Source: Phoronis australis (lineage: Eukaryota; Animalia; Phoronida). Taken from it: a stretch of 64,000 nt of DNA. Positions within the stretch are counted from its first letter, which is position 1. Each line of letters opens with the position of its first letter. This document shows, one piece after another, positions 13,301 to 26,146 of this stretch. The notes under the pieces are model-generated. The model was not told where the DNA came from. It saw only the letters and a program-made list of their open reading frames with translations, and ran no database searches. The stretch is taken from contig NMRA01000001.1 in assembly GCA_002633005.1 (NCBI GenBank), positions 2,773,695 through 2,837,694 on the forward strand, written 5' to 3'. The position numbers and the translations under genes are program-made.

Positions 13301-16300
13301 TCAGAACTATTAAACAACAAATGCCGTTGTGCTTTTGCGATTTTATTACAAATTGCCAATTCTGGCCATTGTCTGCCAGTCATTCGTGGCAACAAAACAG
13401 GTGACTTAATCACTTAAAATAATACCCATGCCGCAATTTAGAGAATTATGCGGAGGTTTCAGGTTAGATTCTGAGCTGCGGCTGATTTCAGAAAATTACT
13501 TTTCTCGTCGAGATTTCAAAATATTTCTAAGCATTAAATTTTATATAGTACCTTTCGCCAATGTTTTGAACAGAAGTATTTTAGTGACATCGAAAACTGA
13601 ATTAGTTTCTGAAAATGCAATCCCTGTACAACGAAGCAGCTACGTGGATAGTTTTATGCTGCGCAAAAACAACTTAAAACATTAATTTTGTAGCAGACGC
13701 TGTTTTGAGCGAAAAATGACACTTGAATTTACATATATACGTGTACTCTTACAGCCATTCTACTTTAATTTTCTTTATTCAGATCACATCACGGCATCAA
13801 GTGGTTGGGTGATGCCCATCATCGATTTAATTCCTCTCTGCAAGAAACACGGTGTTTTAGCGTGTATAGACGGTGCACATGCTCCTGGGCACCTGCCTTT
13901 GAACATTGAAGAGCTCGGAGCAGACTTCTACATAGGTTAGTTCCATCATCTCAACACACTTCTGGTGTTCTGTCCTCATCCCTATGGTTTAAACATTATT
14001 TACGGCAAAGTCGTGATGATAACGTAACGCGATATGACTATAATAGACGGAGTGAGAATGAAAGTTTTCGTTTTACAGTTATTTCAAATCAGTTTTCATG
14101 GAGTTGACACAAGCAGTTGGCCAATATTTATAGATTTTAGAACACATGTTAGTCTAACGTATACTATAGGCCTATAAGCTTGCATTTAGGCCCTTGCGCC
14201 TAAATTCGAACTGCGGTTGTCAAAAAATTATTTTTGCTCAATTATTTCACGTATAGGCGCATGCGCCTAAGGTTCGCATATACAAGCAGGTCCTTTGGAC
14301 TGGTGCCTTTTGCATGTCTCAGATTTTTGTATTTTTTACCCACGGTCATGACAACTGTCAATCAGTAATCGACGTTGTATCACACTGCCTACAAGGGATA
14401 ATCTTTATCGCTATGCTATAACCGCGCTCCTTGGTTTCAATAAAATGTTTCACGCACCAGAACAGGTGTCAAAATCCGGACCTAGGCGCCGCTTCACTTC
14501 CAAGAGCATAATGCCCTATAAAAAGGAATGCTGAACAGTTCGCGCATTTTGTCTTTAGGTAACTTTTACAAGTGGTTATTCACGCCGCTCACTGCTGGGG
14601 TTTTATGGATTCACCCAAGGCATCACAAGTACATTCATCCGTTAGTGACGTCACACAAATACAACACGACCCTGCAAGGCGCGTTCTACTTGCTTGGCGC
14701 AAGAGATTTCGTTCCGTGTTGCTGTGTGCCTAAAGCGATTGAGTTTATTGAACTCGTTGGTGGGTTGGTAAGTTGATACTTTTAGAGTTAACTCAAGGGC
14801 AAAAATTTATATTCTAACCAGATGTTCATCGACAATCACCCCATCACGGCAAACAAACTTCTCTACGTTTTCAAAGACCTTCAGAAAAGTAGGGTTATGA
14901 TGATAACTTAAATACTCTATAGGAGTTTCCTTGCAGCAGACATCGACAACCCTCCCCCTCTGTCCGCCAACACTGAACAACTCAAAAATAAGTAATTGTT
15001 ATTTAGTCTGGAACATTCTAACGAGAGAAGCAATTTTACAGAAATTAGCAATAGCGCGGAATAGAGCTCACCGGGGCTCTGGAAAAGCAGCTGAGCACTG
15101 CCGCTTAGCCAAATCCCACGCCTTTTCATCACAGTAGGACCTGTAACAAAAACGGCGACCTTGATTAAGTACAGCGAGTGTTTGACAGGCAACAGCGAGA
15201 ATTGGCAATTTGTAATACAGTCACAAAATAACGGATATTGTAGCTTTAGAACTCTGTTTTTGAGGTTTTATAACAAATTACCAATTCTCGCCGTTGTCCA
15301 CCAGGCATTCGTTTAAACCAAGGCCGGCCTCTTCGCTTAGTATTCTGCGCAACAACACATTCGCAATGCGTTCGGCTGTTACTGTATAGCTGATGGGTCG
15401 ATTCCGCGAAACTGCAAATTTCTGTAAAATTACTTTTCTCACGTGGAATATCTATTTAATATTTCCTCCAATTATCACCATTCATCAAGGTATGGGATTT
15501 GTCATGGGAAATTTGTCAAGCGATTGGAGTAAAAAGTTGAACACCGTCAGGATATCATGGAGCAANGGCGGCCTTGATTAAGTACAGCGAGTGTTTGACA
15601 GGCAACAGCGAGAATTGGCAATTTGTAATACAATCACAAAATAACGGATATTGTAGCTTTTAGAACTCTGTTTTTGAGGTTTTATAACAAATTACCAATT
15701 CTCGCCGTTGTCCACCAGGCATTCGTTTAAACCAAGGCCGGCCTCTTCGCTTAGTATTCTGCGCAACAACACATTCGCAATGCGTTCGGCTGTTACTGTA
15801 TAGCTGATGGGTCGATTCCGCGAAACTGCAAATTTCTGTAAAATTACTTTTCTCACGTGGAATATCTATTTAATATTTCCTCCAATTATCACCATTCATC
15901 AAGGTATGGGATTTGTCATGGGAAATTTGTCAAGCGATTGGAGTAAAAAGTTGAACACCGTCAGGATATCATGGAGCAACAAACTACGTCAGGCCTGTAA
16001 CTATATTTCGTAAGTTCAGTATTCAGTTTTGAGTGGTTATTGTCATGAAAATAAGCGATGGTAATTCGTGGTCTTCTATATTTAGGAAGCTATCAACCAG
16101 TACAGCGGTAAACTTGCTGACGAGGCAAGGAATATGTTAGTGAACAGCTGGAACACCGAGAGTTACCCAATACCGAGGGAAGACGAAGCTCCGTGTGCCA
16201 AAGTTATACGAATGCCACCATTTGACGTGAAAGGCATTAACAGGACAGCGGTAAGCTTAGCCTTGAGCAAAAGGGTGAAAGTCTATGTCATATTGATGAT

Positions 16301-17811
16301 GGAATTTTCGCTACTCTTAGCTATGCTAAAGTGATCCGTTGAGGCTTTATAGAATTCCAAGTCTGTCAGTTGGTAACGCGTGTGGGTTTTACACGTCAAG
16401 ACGTTCTCGCTTATGAAGCGCCAAAGTATGAAGCGCCAAAGGGTTCATAAACGCCTGAGTAACTTTTTGCACGTTGAAATGTGCTGAATTAACGTGTACT
16501 TTTGCTTAATCTGCGTGTGCCTTTGCTTAATCTACGTGTACTTTTGCTTAAAACGATCATCGTTCTGCTTTTAGTCAATTAATTTGAAAGCAAGGGGGGA
16601 TTGGACTATATAAACTGATTAAAGGTATGCTTAGATTAAGCAAAACTACGCCTTGATCGATTAATCACATTTTCATTGCGCAAAAAGTTACTCGCTTAGA
16701 ACCCTGTGGCGCTTCATACCGAAGCGTTCTTAAACGAGTGCATTTCTACGCGTTGAAATGTACGTGCTTGATCTACTCGTACTTTTGCTTAATCTACTCG
16801 TACTTTTAATCAGTTAATATAGTCCAATCACGCCGTGCTCTCAAATTTGAGAGAGCGATGACCGTTTCTTGCTAGTTCCTGCGTGCTTATCCAGCACGTG
16901 CTAGCTACCGACCACCTAGCGGCACGCAGCTAGGGAACCAGCGAGTGGTCGTTTAAGAACTAAAAGAACGCATAGATTAAAAGTTCGCTTAGATTAAGTA
17001 AAAGTAGGCATAGATTAAGCAAAGTACACGTAGATTACGGTTAGCAAAAGTACACGCAAATTAACACATTTCAAGGCGTAGATATATGTACTCGTTTAAG
17101 AACCCTTTGGCGCTTCATACTCGTTTACTCATTTACGCGTTAATCTACTTTGTGGATGACTACATAACCAATCACTTTTCGCTATCGTTGGCATCATCAT
17201 TGTGAATGTACTACCTCCGTGCATTGACTTGGGGAAAGTTTGCCTAACGCGTAAACATATAAAACTTTTATGCTCCGAGTGCAGCGTAAACGTGGCGCAC
17301 GCGTTACCTACTGACAGACTTGGAATTTCATAAGGATTCACATATGGGGTGTAATCGCAAACGCAAATCGGAAGAATAAGGACTGGGTAGGGCTACTTGA
17401 GAGTAGTAACAATGTCAATGGAGGTTAATATATTTGTCTAGTCTTCTGTCTAAGTACATGAGCTGATGCATACTTTGTTTCCAGAAAACTGGATATCTTT
17501 TATCTGTCACCAGTTCGACTTCCTGAAATTAACAGTTGATCTTTGTTTCAAGTCTGTAGCCAAGAGAAATAATCGCTTCCGGCCCATAAAAAGGTATGCT
17601 GTACGATGCTCCATCAGTCACTTTACTTTTTTAGATTGACTGTGAAAAGCTAATGGACATAATTCACGACAGGTACAGAGTTAGAACGAAGGTCGTACTG
17701 GAGTCCGGCTCATTCTGGATTCGTTTGTCTGCGAGCATTTATAACACTTGGGGTGATTTCGTGAAGCTGGACGCTGCCGTATGTGACTTGGCTGAAATTA
17801 GGAAGATGTGA
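4343..17811 (+). CDS. Class-V PLP-dependent enzyme, Egt2 (hercynylcysteine sulfoxide lyase)/CefD/L-cysteine desulfhydrase-like, paralog A, about 453 aa, with putative mitochondrial presequence
   Basis: 8 GT-AG exons in consistent phase: 4343-4623, 9378-9532, 11286-11399, 13069-13176, 13783-13935, 14559-14767, 16086-16250, 17635-17811 (1362 nt, open). Motifs: F.LDPD.TFVNHAAYGAVP, VFVENTTTGIN, DHITASSG, IDGAHAPG, DFYIGNFYKW (PLP Lys), G.RD, WIRLSASIYN. Confidence 0.88.
5858..6125. mobile_element. MITE, same family as 21479-21710
   Basis: TAAAA|TATGGATGCACCCGG ... CTAGAGTGCGCGCATG|TAAAA. 5-bp TSD, poly-G tract with a sequence gap. Confidence 0.7.
5942..9249. repeat. ~1.55-kb direct duplication across the N at 7680 (likely uncollapsed haplotypes)
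   Basis: 5942-7489 is nearly identical to 7681-9249, with scattered SNPs and small indels. The second copy starts right after a single N. Confidence 0.85.
9408..11143. repeat. ~870-bp direct duplication across the N at 10277, including most of paralog A exon 2
   Basis: 9408-10276 is nearly identical to 10278-11143. The ORF track shows twin ORFs at 10111 and 10979. Confidence 0.85.
9617..10024. repeat. Foldback element made of degenerate ~20-bp units (ATCATRYGCACGAAC); duplicated at 10486-10893
   Basis: Forward units ATCATACGCAC/GCACGAAC in the left half and reverse-complement units GTGCGCATGATT in the right half. Confidence 0.65.
15154..15329. repeat. Imperfect palindromic MITE (partial relative at about 13320-13410)
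   Basis: CCTTGATT...GCGAGAATTGGCAATTTGTAATA pairs with TATAACAAATTACCAATTCTCGC...AACCAAGG. Confidence 0.6.
15154..15979. repeat. ~410-bp direct duplication across the N at 15566
   Basis: Twin ORFs at 15393 and 15807; near-identical sequence on either side of the N. Confidence 0.85.
16412..17120. mobile_element. Foldback/TIR element with internal subrepeats and a nested short palindromic element
   Basis: GTATGAAGCGCCAAAGGGTTC ... GAACCCTTTGGCGCTTCATAC, with a third TIR-like copy near 16700-16720 and many (C)TTTTGCTTAATCTACG units in both orientations. The insert at about 16870-16950 matches 12181-12265 inverted. Confidence 0.65.
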
Positions 17812-19818
17812 TGGTTTGATAGCTGTTTCGGATGATACATATTCGACAACTAAGTGAATTCCATCCAATAAGATTAAATATACTGGATGAAATGACAGAC
17901 CATCAATATTGCCGAGTTAGCAAAGTAAATGATAAATTTCCCATTGACTAGTAGTCGGCCCCATACACTAATGAATACATTACGGGATAAGGAGATTGGA
18001 TATTTTGTAGGGGAAATTGTAGTCTTTCGACGGATAGTGGAGAATGGATATCATAAGGGTAGGAAGGGAAATTTTCTTTCATGGGGATGGGGGAAGGCAG
18101 AGAGTGCCTTAAGTTTTATATTGGTTTTTAAATCTAATAAGATTATACCCCGGTAGTCGGCATTAACAATTCTGATCTGAAATTCTCCGAAATTCGGTTG
18201 AGTGCTCATGTATAATGTATGTAGTTGAGGTCACTAGTTAGAGTTAAATCTATTTTTTTATTGTTTAGTTTCATATGAAAAACTTGCTGCCAGTACTGCA
18301 ATAAAAGTTTTATCTATTTACCTATCTGTCTGTCTATCTACTCCTTCCGGTAGCCTCGTTCCAGCCTGTTGCGCGCAATCGCCTTCGCTTGGTGCGTGTT
18401 AAAAATACATTTCAAACGAAGATAAAATAGTTCTTTGGTCAAAATCCTGAGTGTGTTGACTTCCTTATTTGGAAAATACATCAGCTGATACTCGGAGAGT
18501 AAGGTTATAAACGGACTTCACGGTCAACATTCAAGAACGAAAAAAAACAGAACAACTGGGTTGAAAAGTGGGTCTTCAGGATAAAAAGCGGGCATCTGGG
18601 TCTAGGCCAAAACGTGAGATTGAATTAATCGCAGCTACAAAACAAAGACGTACCGACATCTTTTCTGTCGAATGGGAGGTGCAGCATCCAAAAATGCCCG
18701 ACAGCGTTTTTGTTGTTGTTTTTTATATTTGAATGCGAAAGTGCGGTTGCAGCAAAAATCCACGAAACGTCCCGTTTTGCTTTTCAGTCGATAGGGAAAA
18801 TATGACTGTCGTGAGGGAAATTGCAATAGTATATGATGATATGTCAATTTGGTCATGTGTTAAAAAGCGTGACATTTAGATGGTGTGGCAGAATGGCGAA
18901 AAAAAAAATTGGGACAGTCCGTCAAGAGCGGGGCAATTGGCTAATACACTGTAAGCTGTCGGCAACACGAAGTATTGGATTGGATTCTTTTACAAGGTAA
19001 ACTTTTCATTTTTCAAAATTTTAATTCACGGGTATAGGTAAATACTACATATAACAGCTAGTAGACCTACTTCTCAGAAACCTAATTAACAAAAAGACGG
19101 CACCTGGGCCATAGTTAAAAATTACAGAACTGCATTATAATAGAAACAATTGAAAAAGTACACTCACACACACACACACACATAGCTAAGCAAATACTAG
19201 TAATTTTTCGAAAATTACGTAAACACCTGTTTTGGGGGAATTTTCATTTAGGCCAAATATAATTCCTTTCCCTAAAATACTGTTGAAAAATTCCTGGCAT
19301 GTAGTATGATACGTTGTCGATAGTGGTTCTACAACTGAAGCCAGTACTCCCGGCACTCCGGCAGGGCCACAGGTCGGTGGTTGTCAGAATGACCAGTGTA
19401 TTTGCCGGGTTTCTTGACTATTTGCCGAGAAATTGCTGATTGTATGGAACCGTGCCTCAAGAGTCTCGATTAGTGATGAAATGAAAACGAAACAATGAAA
19501 TTAGGCTTCAGATTTGATTACTACAACTCTTGATCAAAACTCAGTCGTGCAGGCAGTCCTTAATTAAAAACAACCGTTCTGGGAACAAGACTATAGTGCA
19601 ATGGGGTGTACTGAGCAGATGCCCAGACAAGTGCAACTCCGGAGTCAAAATCACTAGCCACCAAACTGAAATGTACGTATCTTGGAAAAAATATGTTTGT
19701 GTTTAACCTTCGAGTAATCCAGCAACATTGCCAACAAGTTAACAACAAGCTGCTCGTGTGGCCGTCCACACAGTCTGATCCATCTGATGAATATTTTGAG
19801 TCAGTCCAGTTGAGTAAA

Positions 19819-19988
19819 TAATATGAAAAATAAACCAATTACTGGACTTACGAACTGAGTTACTTGCCTCCTCGTCTCGAGGACTTCGACACGCTCAGTG
19901 GCCTGCCCAACTAGTCCTTGATGAGATGAGGACGCAACGTAGCTAACTCAATCCGTAAGTCCAGTAATTGATTTATTTTTTCATATTA
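19819..19988. repeat. 170-bp imperfect palindrome (foldback MITE) upstream of paralog B
   Basis: TAATATGAAAAATAAACCAATTACTGGACTTACG...GAGGACT pairs with AGTCCT...CGTAAGTCCAGTAATTGATTTATTTTTTCATATTA. Arms about 70 bp, TA at both ends. Confidence 0.8.
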
Positions 19989-20276
19989 GTTTGATCCATC
20001 GAAATCACTTTTCGGCTTAGGGAATGTCCAAAAAGTGACGGGAAATTCTTCTCGAGTTGTATAACGGCTGTCAGAATTACACACTCCATGATATCAACAC
20101 CGTTTCACCATTCTTATCGCACAATAAAATCATTGAAGCTTAACCGACAACGTGTTGTTTGTCGGGTGGTTAGTAGACCCCGACGACGTACAAAGATTTA
20201 TAGATAACAGGGACATGCTGAGCTAGTTGGATACGTTTTTTAAAAAGGTTCGGATCTAGGCTCAGTTTCGTATTCA

Positions 20277-23200
20277 ATGTCACAGAGCGGCATCGACATG
20301 GCGGGCCTTGCACCGCCCTCCTCCTTCCCAGCTTTTGGAAACGAGATGAGATCAAGTCAGTTTCGATTTGATCCAGACCTGACACCCATCAACAATGGGT
20401 CTTACGGAGCAGTGCCGTGGTTTGTGCGTGAATATCAGCAGAGGTGGGTGAAGACTAGCAACTAGACTAAAATACATGGCCAACGCTAGGACCATACAGC
20501 GTCCTACACTGGAACCAAAGGCATCCGTTTCCCGCAACACAGACTAGTTTTCAAAGTAACCGTTGTTCAAAAGACTCATTCAGGACATTTGACTTCAACG
20601 TAATCTACAAGTACGCCACGACTAAACCTATAGAGTGTAGTACTTTCTGTCAGTTATGCCTTGTTCAGGTCCGAGCTGTGCAAACAACTGCTTTGATTGA
20701 CCCAGGCTAGTGACCAGGTCAAAATCAGCCACTGGCACAGATAGGCCTTCATGCGTAAGCTGTAGCGTGTCAGTTCGCTAAACAAATTCACCGGCGGTCA
20801 TGTACAGTCCCCGGCGGTCATATTTTGTGGTGGGCCTGACATGTTTTTAGATGCGTCAGTCCCATTTCCGGGTGCGGTGGTCCCATTTGATTCCTGTTGG
20901 TCCTGTTCTGGGTCGGTCCGATTTAGAGGACCGGCGGTCATGTTTCTCACCCGTGAATTCGCAAACTAGTCTTTGTGAATATGACTGTACTGCATGTAAT
21001 CGCGAACTCTGGTTGAGTTACAATCAAAAAGTTCTCCATCGAAGTCCTGGTTTTGCTATAAAAATATGGATTAAACTTAGGTCTGTCACAACGTACATTT
21101 TTAGTGAAATGTCTAGAATTATTGACGATCCCTTCATGGCTTCGTTACTCGAAAATTTCGATATTCTCTTTTCAAAAACCTGACCAGCCTCCAGACCACT
21201 ACTGATGCTGACGCTGACGGATGGTTTCGAGAGGAGTACAATACTGGTTTACCGACGAAATGGAGACAAACTCTGGAAACAGTTTGCAAATTTATTGGAA
21301 CTTCGTATGATAATACTGTCTTCGTGGAAAACGCTACTACGGGTTTGTTGTTTGATTATTTCCTGTCTATTGCTTCTTTGGTTTATTCATTCTCTGAATT
21401 ATCAGTTTTTTCACTGATGGAAAATGTGCAGCGTAAAGCAGTTTACGAAAAAGTTTACGAAATTAGATAGCGAAGATCCATGCGAGCACCCAGCCTAAAA
21501 ATGGGGGGTGGGGGGTTGCTCGAAACTTCGGAGACTGTGGACCTTCTTCATGGGGTACATTCAGAGCTTTGAATTGTGCATTCACCGAATTTTGTCTCGT
21601 TTTCTACTTCTTTTCTGAGTTTATGTTTCTCTGAGGCGGAGCTTTTTGTCCACTTCGCCAAGTGGGGGGGGGNCTCCTTCGATTCCCTCTCCGCCCTGGG
21701 TGCGCGCATGAGATCGTAAAGAGGAAAATTTACTGTATGTAAGTCTTAAAAACAACTATAAACTCGTGCTCATTCAAAGAAACTAACTTTAGACCACCCA
21801 CCGCTATTAAACTAGTCTTTACTTATTCCTAATTGAGGCGAGACGTTGTTTCTGGTCTTGAAGAAACTTCGACAATTCGCTATTATTGCTTATTACCGTG
21901 CTCACCTAAATTGATGCGCATGACGAGGCAAATTATGGCGGAGCCTGTTCTGAGACAATAACGAACTGACAATTCTATCCAAACCCATAAATCGCCTCTA
22001 ATTTAACTGCGGTGGAAAAATCAGCAACGATACTGCCATCTCAATGATTTTGACTTTTATTCAGGTATGAACTGCGCAGTGAACTGCATACCACTAGGCC
22101 CCGGAGATGCTCTCTTGACGAGTTCAGTGACGTACAACGCAATAAAGCAGGCCTGCATCAAACGCGCACGTGACACAGGCAAGTTTAAAATGGCTCATGG
22201 CGCGCACGTCATTTCGCAAGTTATTATTAAAACTCTTCGTAAGCTGCAAATTAAGCAAATCAATCCTGTCTGAATGATGAATTTTGCAAACTTGAAAGAT
22301 ATATATTTTGCCCGTTATTTTTTATGGGGGTTACTAACCCGAAGTCAGCTATTGAGATGGAAGGGGAGTTGCAATCGGTGTAATAGCTTATTCTCCCAGC
22401 CTGTGCTTTTACTTCTCTTCAACGCCTCTTTTACTCTTCACAAATTCTCACACCGATACCCACAAGATCCCCTCTCTCCCGGTCCTCTCCAATTTTCCAC
22501 TCCTATTCTCCTATTCTTCTGGTTCATGTTAAAACGAAATTGGCCTGCCTGGACGTCGAAACCCATCTGCCAATGAGCTGACCTCAACTGTGGACGTGCA
22601 TTCGTAGACATCATAAAGCCTAGTCATCGGCATTTTAAGTTGAGTGTTAGCTCATTAAAAAATTTGTACGCTTTCGCAAAATAGCAGCTGATTTTGTTTT
22701 GAATATTTCATGTAGGTGCGAAGTTGCTGACGATTGATCTGCCAGACAAACGCAAAGATGCGGTGGTGAAAGCGTATGCCGATTTTTTCCGAGCTCATCC
22801 GAACGTTAAGGTGATTCTGCTTGGTAAGATTGTTAATTTTGTTATGATTACGAATTTAGGACAAATTTCTGTTAGATCTGTTTTCAAACTATATAATTGT
22901 ATCAGGTTAGCTTTTCTGCCAGAAAAGCTAAAACCTGATGTCTAGGGTTACGCCGAGACATACTGACCCCTATTTTATTCGTGGTACGTTTCCTCGATCC
23001 GCTTTTCTTTAAAATGATACTAAAGATCTCTACTTTAAGTCCGTCACCTTTCCAAATATGGCGTTTTGATTTAAACTAGTCTTTCTTCATTGCCGACAAT
23101 ACTCAGATTAGAAATCTGGACTGGAAGAGAACTTACAGGTCGTCATTGCTTCATACCTGCGCAGAGTTCAGTGGCTATCTCACGGCTAGAGAAAATCTAG

Positions 23201-26146
23201 TCAAAATCGTGTGTTCTCATTTAAACTATACGGCAATATCTCGCGTAGTCTCACGAAGTCTTGCTTTTCTTGCGATGTCCTAACGAGGTCCTAACGTTAT
23301 GGAACTCTAACCCTGAACGAACAAGCTGGCTTGGCGAGGCAGTAGCGTACATAGTTTGGGATTGATGTCTGGAAATTTATGTCTTTTCTTAAATTATGAT
23401 GGATTTTGATTTCTTGAAATACATGCGGTCGTAATCTCTTTTACATTCAGATCACATCACTTCCAACACTGCTTGGATAATGCCAGTAAAGGAATTAATT
23501 GAGCTCTGCAGGGCCAACAATATTTTAGTATGTGTGGATGGAGCACATATTCCCGGACAACTGCAAGTAAATATTGAGGAGCTCGAGCCGGATTTTTATG
23601 CAGGTATTATTAACATAATGGAGCCTCAAATAGAAATTAATAATTTACACATGTGATAACATTGTAGAATCTGCCTGTTTTAATTATTTTCACAACATGT
23701 GATAACATTGTAGCATGTTTGTTTTAACTTTTTTCATCCGCTGATTTTATTATTCCGCTAATAAGAACTCCAAACAATATATTTAAAAGATCAAAAGTGT
23801 TTCTCAGTTCACTGGTGTCTGGGTGTATGAATTAAAAATGTTCAAGAAATATTCAATTATGTATTAGGATCACATTACAGGTAACTTTCACAAATGGTTT
23901 TTCACGCCTCACGGTGCTGCATTCCTTTGGATCCATCCAAAACATCGCGCCATGGTTCATCCCGTGGTGACGTCACACAAATACAACACGACCCTGCACG
24001 GGGCTTTCTACATGCAGGGAACTAGAGAATTCATTTCTCAATGCTGTGTGCCAAAAGCAATTGAGTTTATTGGCAAAGTCGGCGGCTTGGTAAGCATTTG
24101 GATAATTTTAGTTAAATTCAAGAATCACGATTGGCAGTGATTGGAACTGAGCTCATTTGTATACAATATAATAAAAGTTTTAAGTACTATTCAACTTTCG
24201 CACACCCTTTAAATAGTTACTAAATGGACTCAACTGCAATACTTTTTTCATGTCAATGCCGACTTATTAGCAGACAGTCAGAATAATGAACTGCATGGTT
24301 TCGGAATTTTGGACATTCGAAATAGTGAAATTTCGAAGGTAGCAAACCTGCAGAGTAACTTCGTAGTAGTGTGGACTTTCTAAGTAGTGAACCGTCGGAA
24401 TAGTGACATGTAACCTTGGAAATCTTTTCCATCAAGTTTTTTGTTCGTATGACGTTTGCGAGGCTGTGCGCCATTGGCACTGATTAACAAGAGAAGACTT
24501 TCTTCATTGACCAAAGTTTTTATTAGGTCTAGACCCTATTTTTCCCTAATAATATGAAAAATGCTTGTTGGGGTTTTCTTAGTGCAAGAAAATACGGTAG
24601 TTCATGGGCGGCGCAGCAATGAAACAAGTGGGGGGCTATAGCCCCAAACTCTATGGTGCGCCACCCATGTAGTTAAATATCAGATTTTTTTTAGCAACGA
24701 CGGAGGACTGCCTATAGTGAACATAATTATCACCGGCGTGTACTGAATTTGAAAGAATGGAAACGCGCACACGTGTACACGCATGCATGGCATCTACCAA
24801 TCCATAACCAAAGTGGAAATTTGAAAATGTCTGCACTTTACCGGAGGCCTACCAAAATAGCAGATAACAAACCTATTTTCTGCTACTTTGTTTCTTGGTC
24901 GATTTTAAGGCATTCACACGGCACTACTTTTTGGGAGCTCTCTCGCTGCTATGTAGCTTAGCTAGGTATAGACATTTACTTCTAGAATCCCTTGTTACCC
25001 CATGGTGTAGCCACCACGCGCGTTCAATGCCGATGAAAAACATAAAGCCTCCTCTAATCGTCTGCACCATCCTATCATCAAACACCATTCAGGTGAAGTT
25101 GACTGGATACGGCCCGACGATTACGTGAAGTAAATTCAAAATTATTACTAACTTAGTTATCAATGTAGTTAGTAGTACCAGCCGGTGAGTATATGCTACA
25201 ATTTTGTTATTGTTGTTGTCCATCTATATCCCATGTTTAAGGGATAGGCTGAGACTGGACCTTTTCCGCGGGGGCGGGGGTTTGATTGAACCCCCCCGAA
25301 CCCTGGCTACGGGCCAGCGGGGTTGACATTTTAGCCAGCACATCCCTTTTAGTATATAGTAACAGTTGATCAGTTATAAAAGCTTGTTTAAGCAGACCAT
25401 CAAATTATTATTCATTTATTCCTTTATTCCAGTCAGCCATCCATGAATACAACAGCAGACTGTCAAATGAAGCCAGAAACATGCTAGTGAAAAGCTGGAA
25501 CACGGAACGTTACCCAATACAGGAACAGGATGAAGCCCCCTTTATGAAAATAATAAGAATGCCACCATTTCGCATTGACGGCACATCGTTGAACCGAGTG
25601 AGAAATTGTTGCTGCAAATTATAATGCTTTTGTTGTTTTTAGGCTAATGATATTTACTGTAAAGTATTTTTCTGCATAATAAGTATACATAAATTTCCAT
25701 TAGTAAAAGCTGAAACACACACAATAGAACAAGGTACTCCTGGAACAAGTTGTCGCTAGTTTAGGGGGCTGCGTGGTCGCTAGTTAAACTAGTGCAACTT
25801 ACCTCACTAGTGACAACTTGTATAACGGCACTAGACGCACATTGCAGGGCATTATTTTGTACGCCCGGTGGAATACGAATGACATTCCCCCGTAAAGTTA
25901 CTGTACTGTTTGAAGAAAGACGAAGTCACTCTTAGGATTGCAATTGGTCGAATGCTTATTTTTCAGTTAGACGGTGAGAGACTAGTTGACCTCATCTACG
26001 CCAAATCCAAGATCAGAACCAAGATCGTTCTTGAATCCGGAGCATTCTGGATTCGAATAAGTACCAGCATTTATAACACTATGGAGGACTACGTGAAGCT
26101 GAAAGATGTCATATGTTCTTTAGCTGGGATTGCGGCTATTGTCTAA
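20277..26146 (+). CDS. Class-V PLP-dependent enzyme, Egt2/CefD/LCD-like, paralog B, about 416 aa, no presequence
   Basis: 8 exons: 20277-20443, 21188-21342, 22065-22178 (GC donor), 22716-22823, 23451-23603, 23881-24089, 25433-25597, 25967-26146 (1251 nt, open). Internal exon lengths equal those of paralog A (155,114,108,153,209,165). Motifs: INNGSYGAVP, VENATTGMN, DHITSNTA, VDGAHIPG, GNFHKW, GTRE, WIRISTSIYN. Confidence 0.9.
21479..21710. mobile_element. MITE with CATG termini and 5-bp TSD
   Basis: AGATC|CATGCGAGCACCCAG ... CTGGGTGCGCGCATG|AGATC. The internal sequence resembles 5858-6125 in inverted orientation. Confidence 0.8.
24603..24669. mobile_element. 67-bp mini-MITE with CATG termini and 5-bp TSD
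   Basis: TAGTT|CATGGGCGGCGCA ... TGCGCCACCCATG|TAGTT. A related copy is at 27951-28032. Confidence 0.7.

Noticed and set aside
20216-20276. Possible decayed presequence upstream of paralog B (ATG CTG AGC TAG...FFKKVRI)
   Set aside because: Out of frame, two stops, and no clear similarity to the paralog A presequence; could be chance or a 3-codon uORF.
4343-26146. Bacterial contamination or recent horizontal transfer of the CefD-like genes
   Set aside because: Seven spliceosomal introns are conserved between the paralogs, host-type MITEs lie in the introns, and the genes are contiguous with DNAJA and MCM5.
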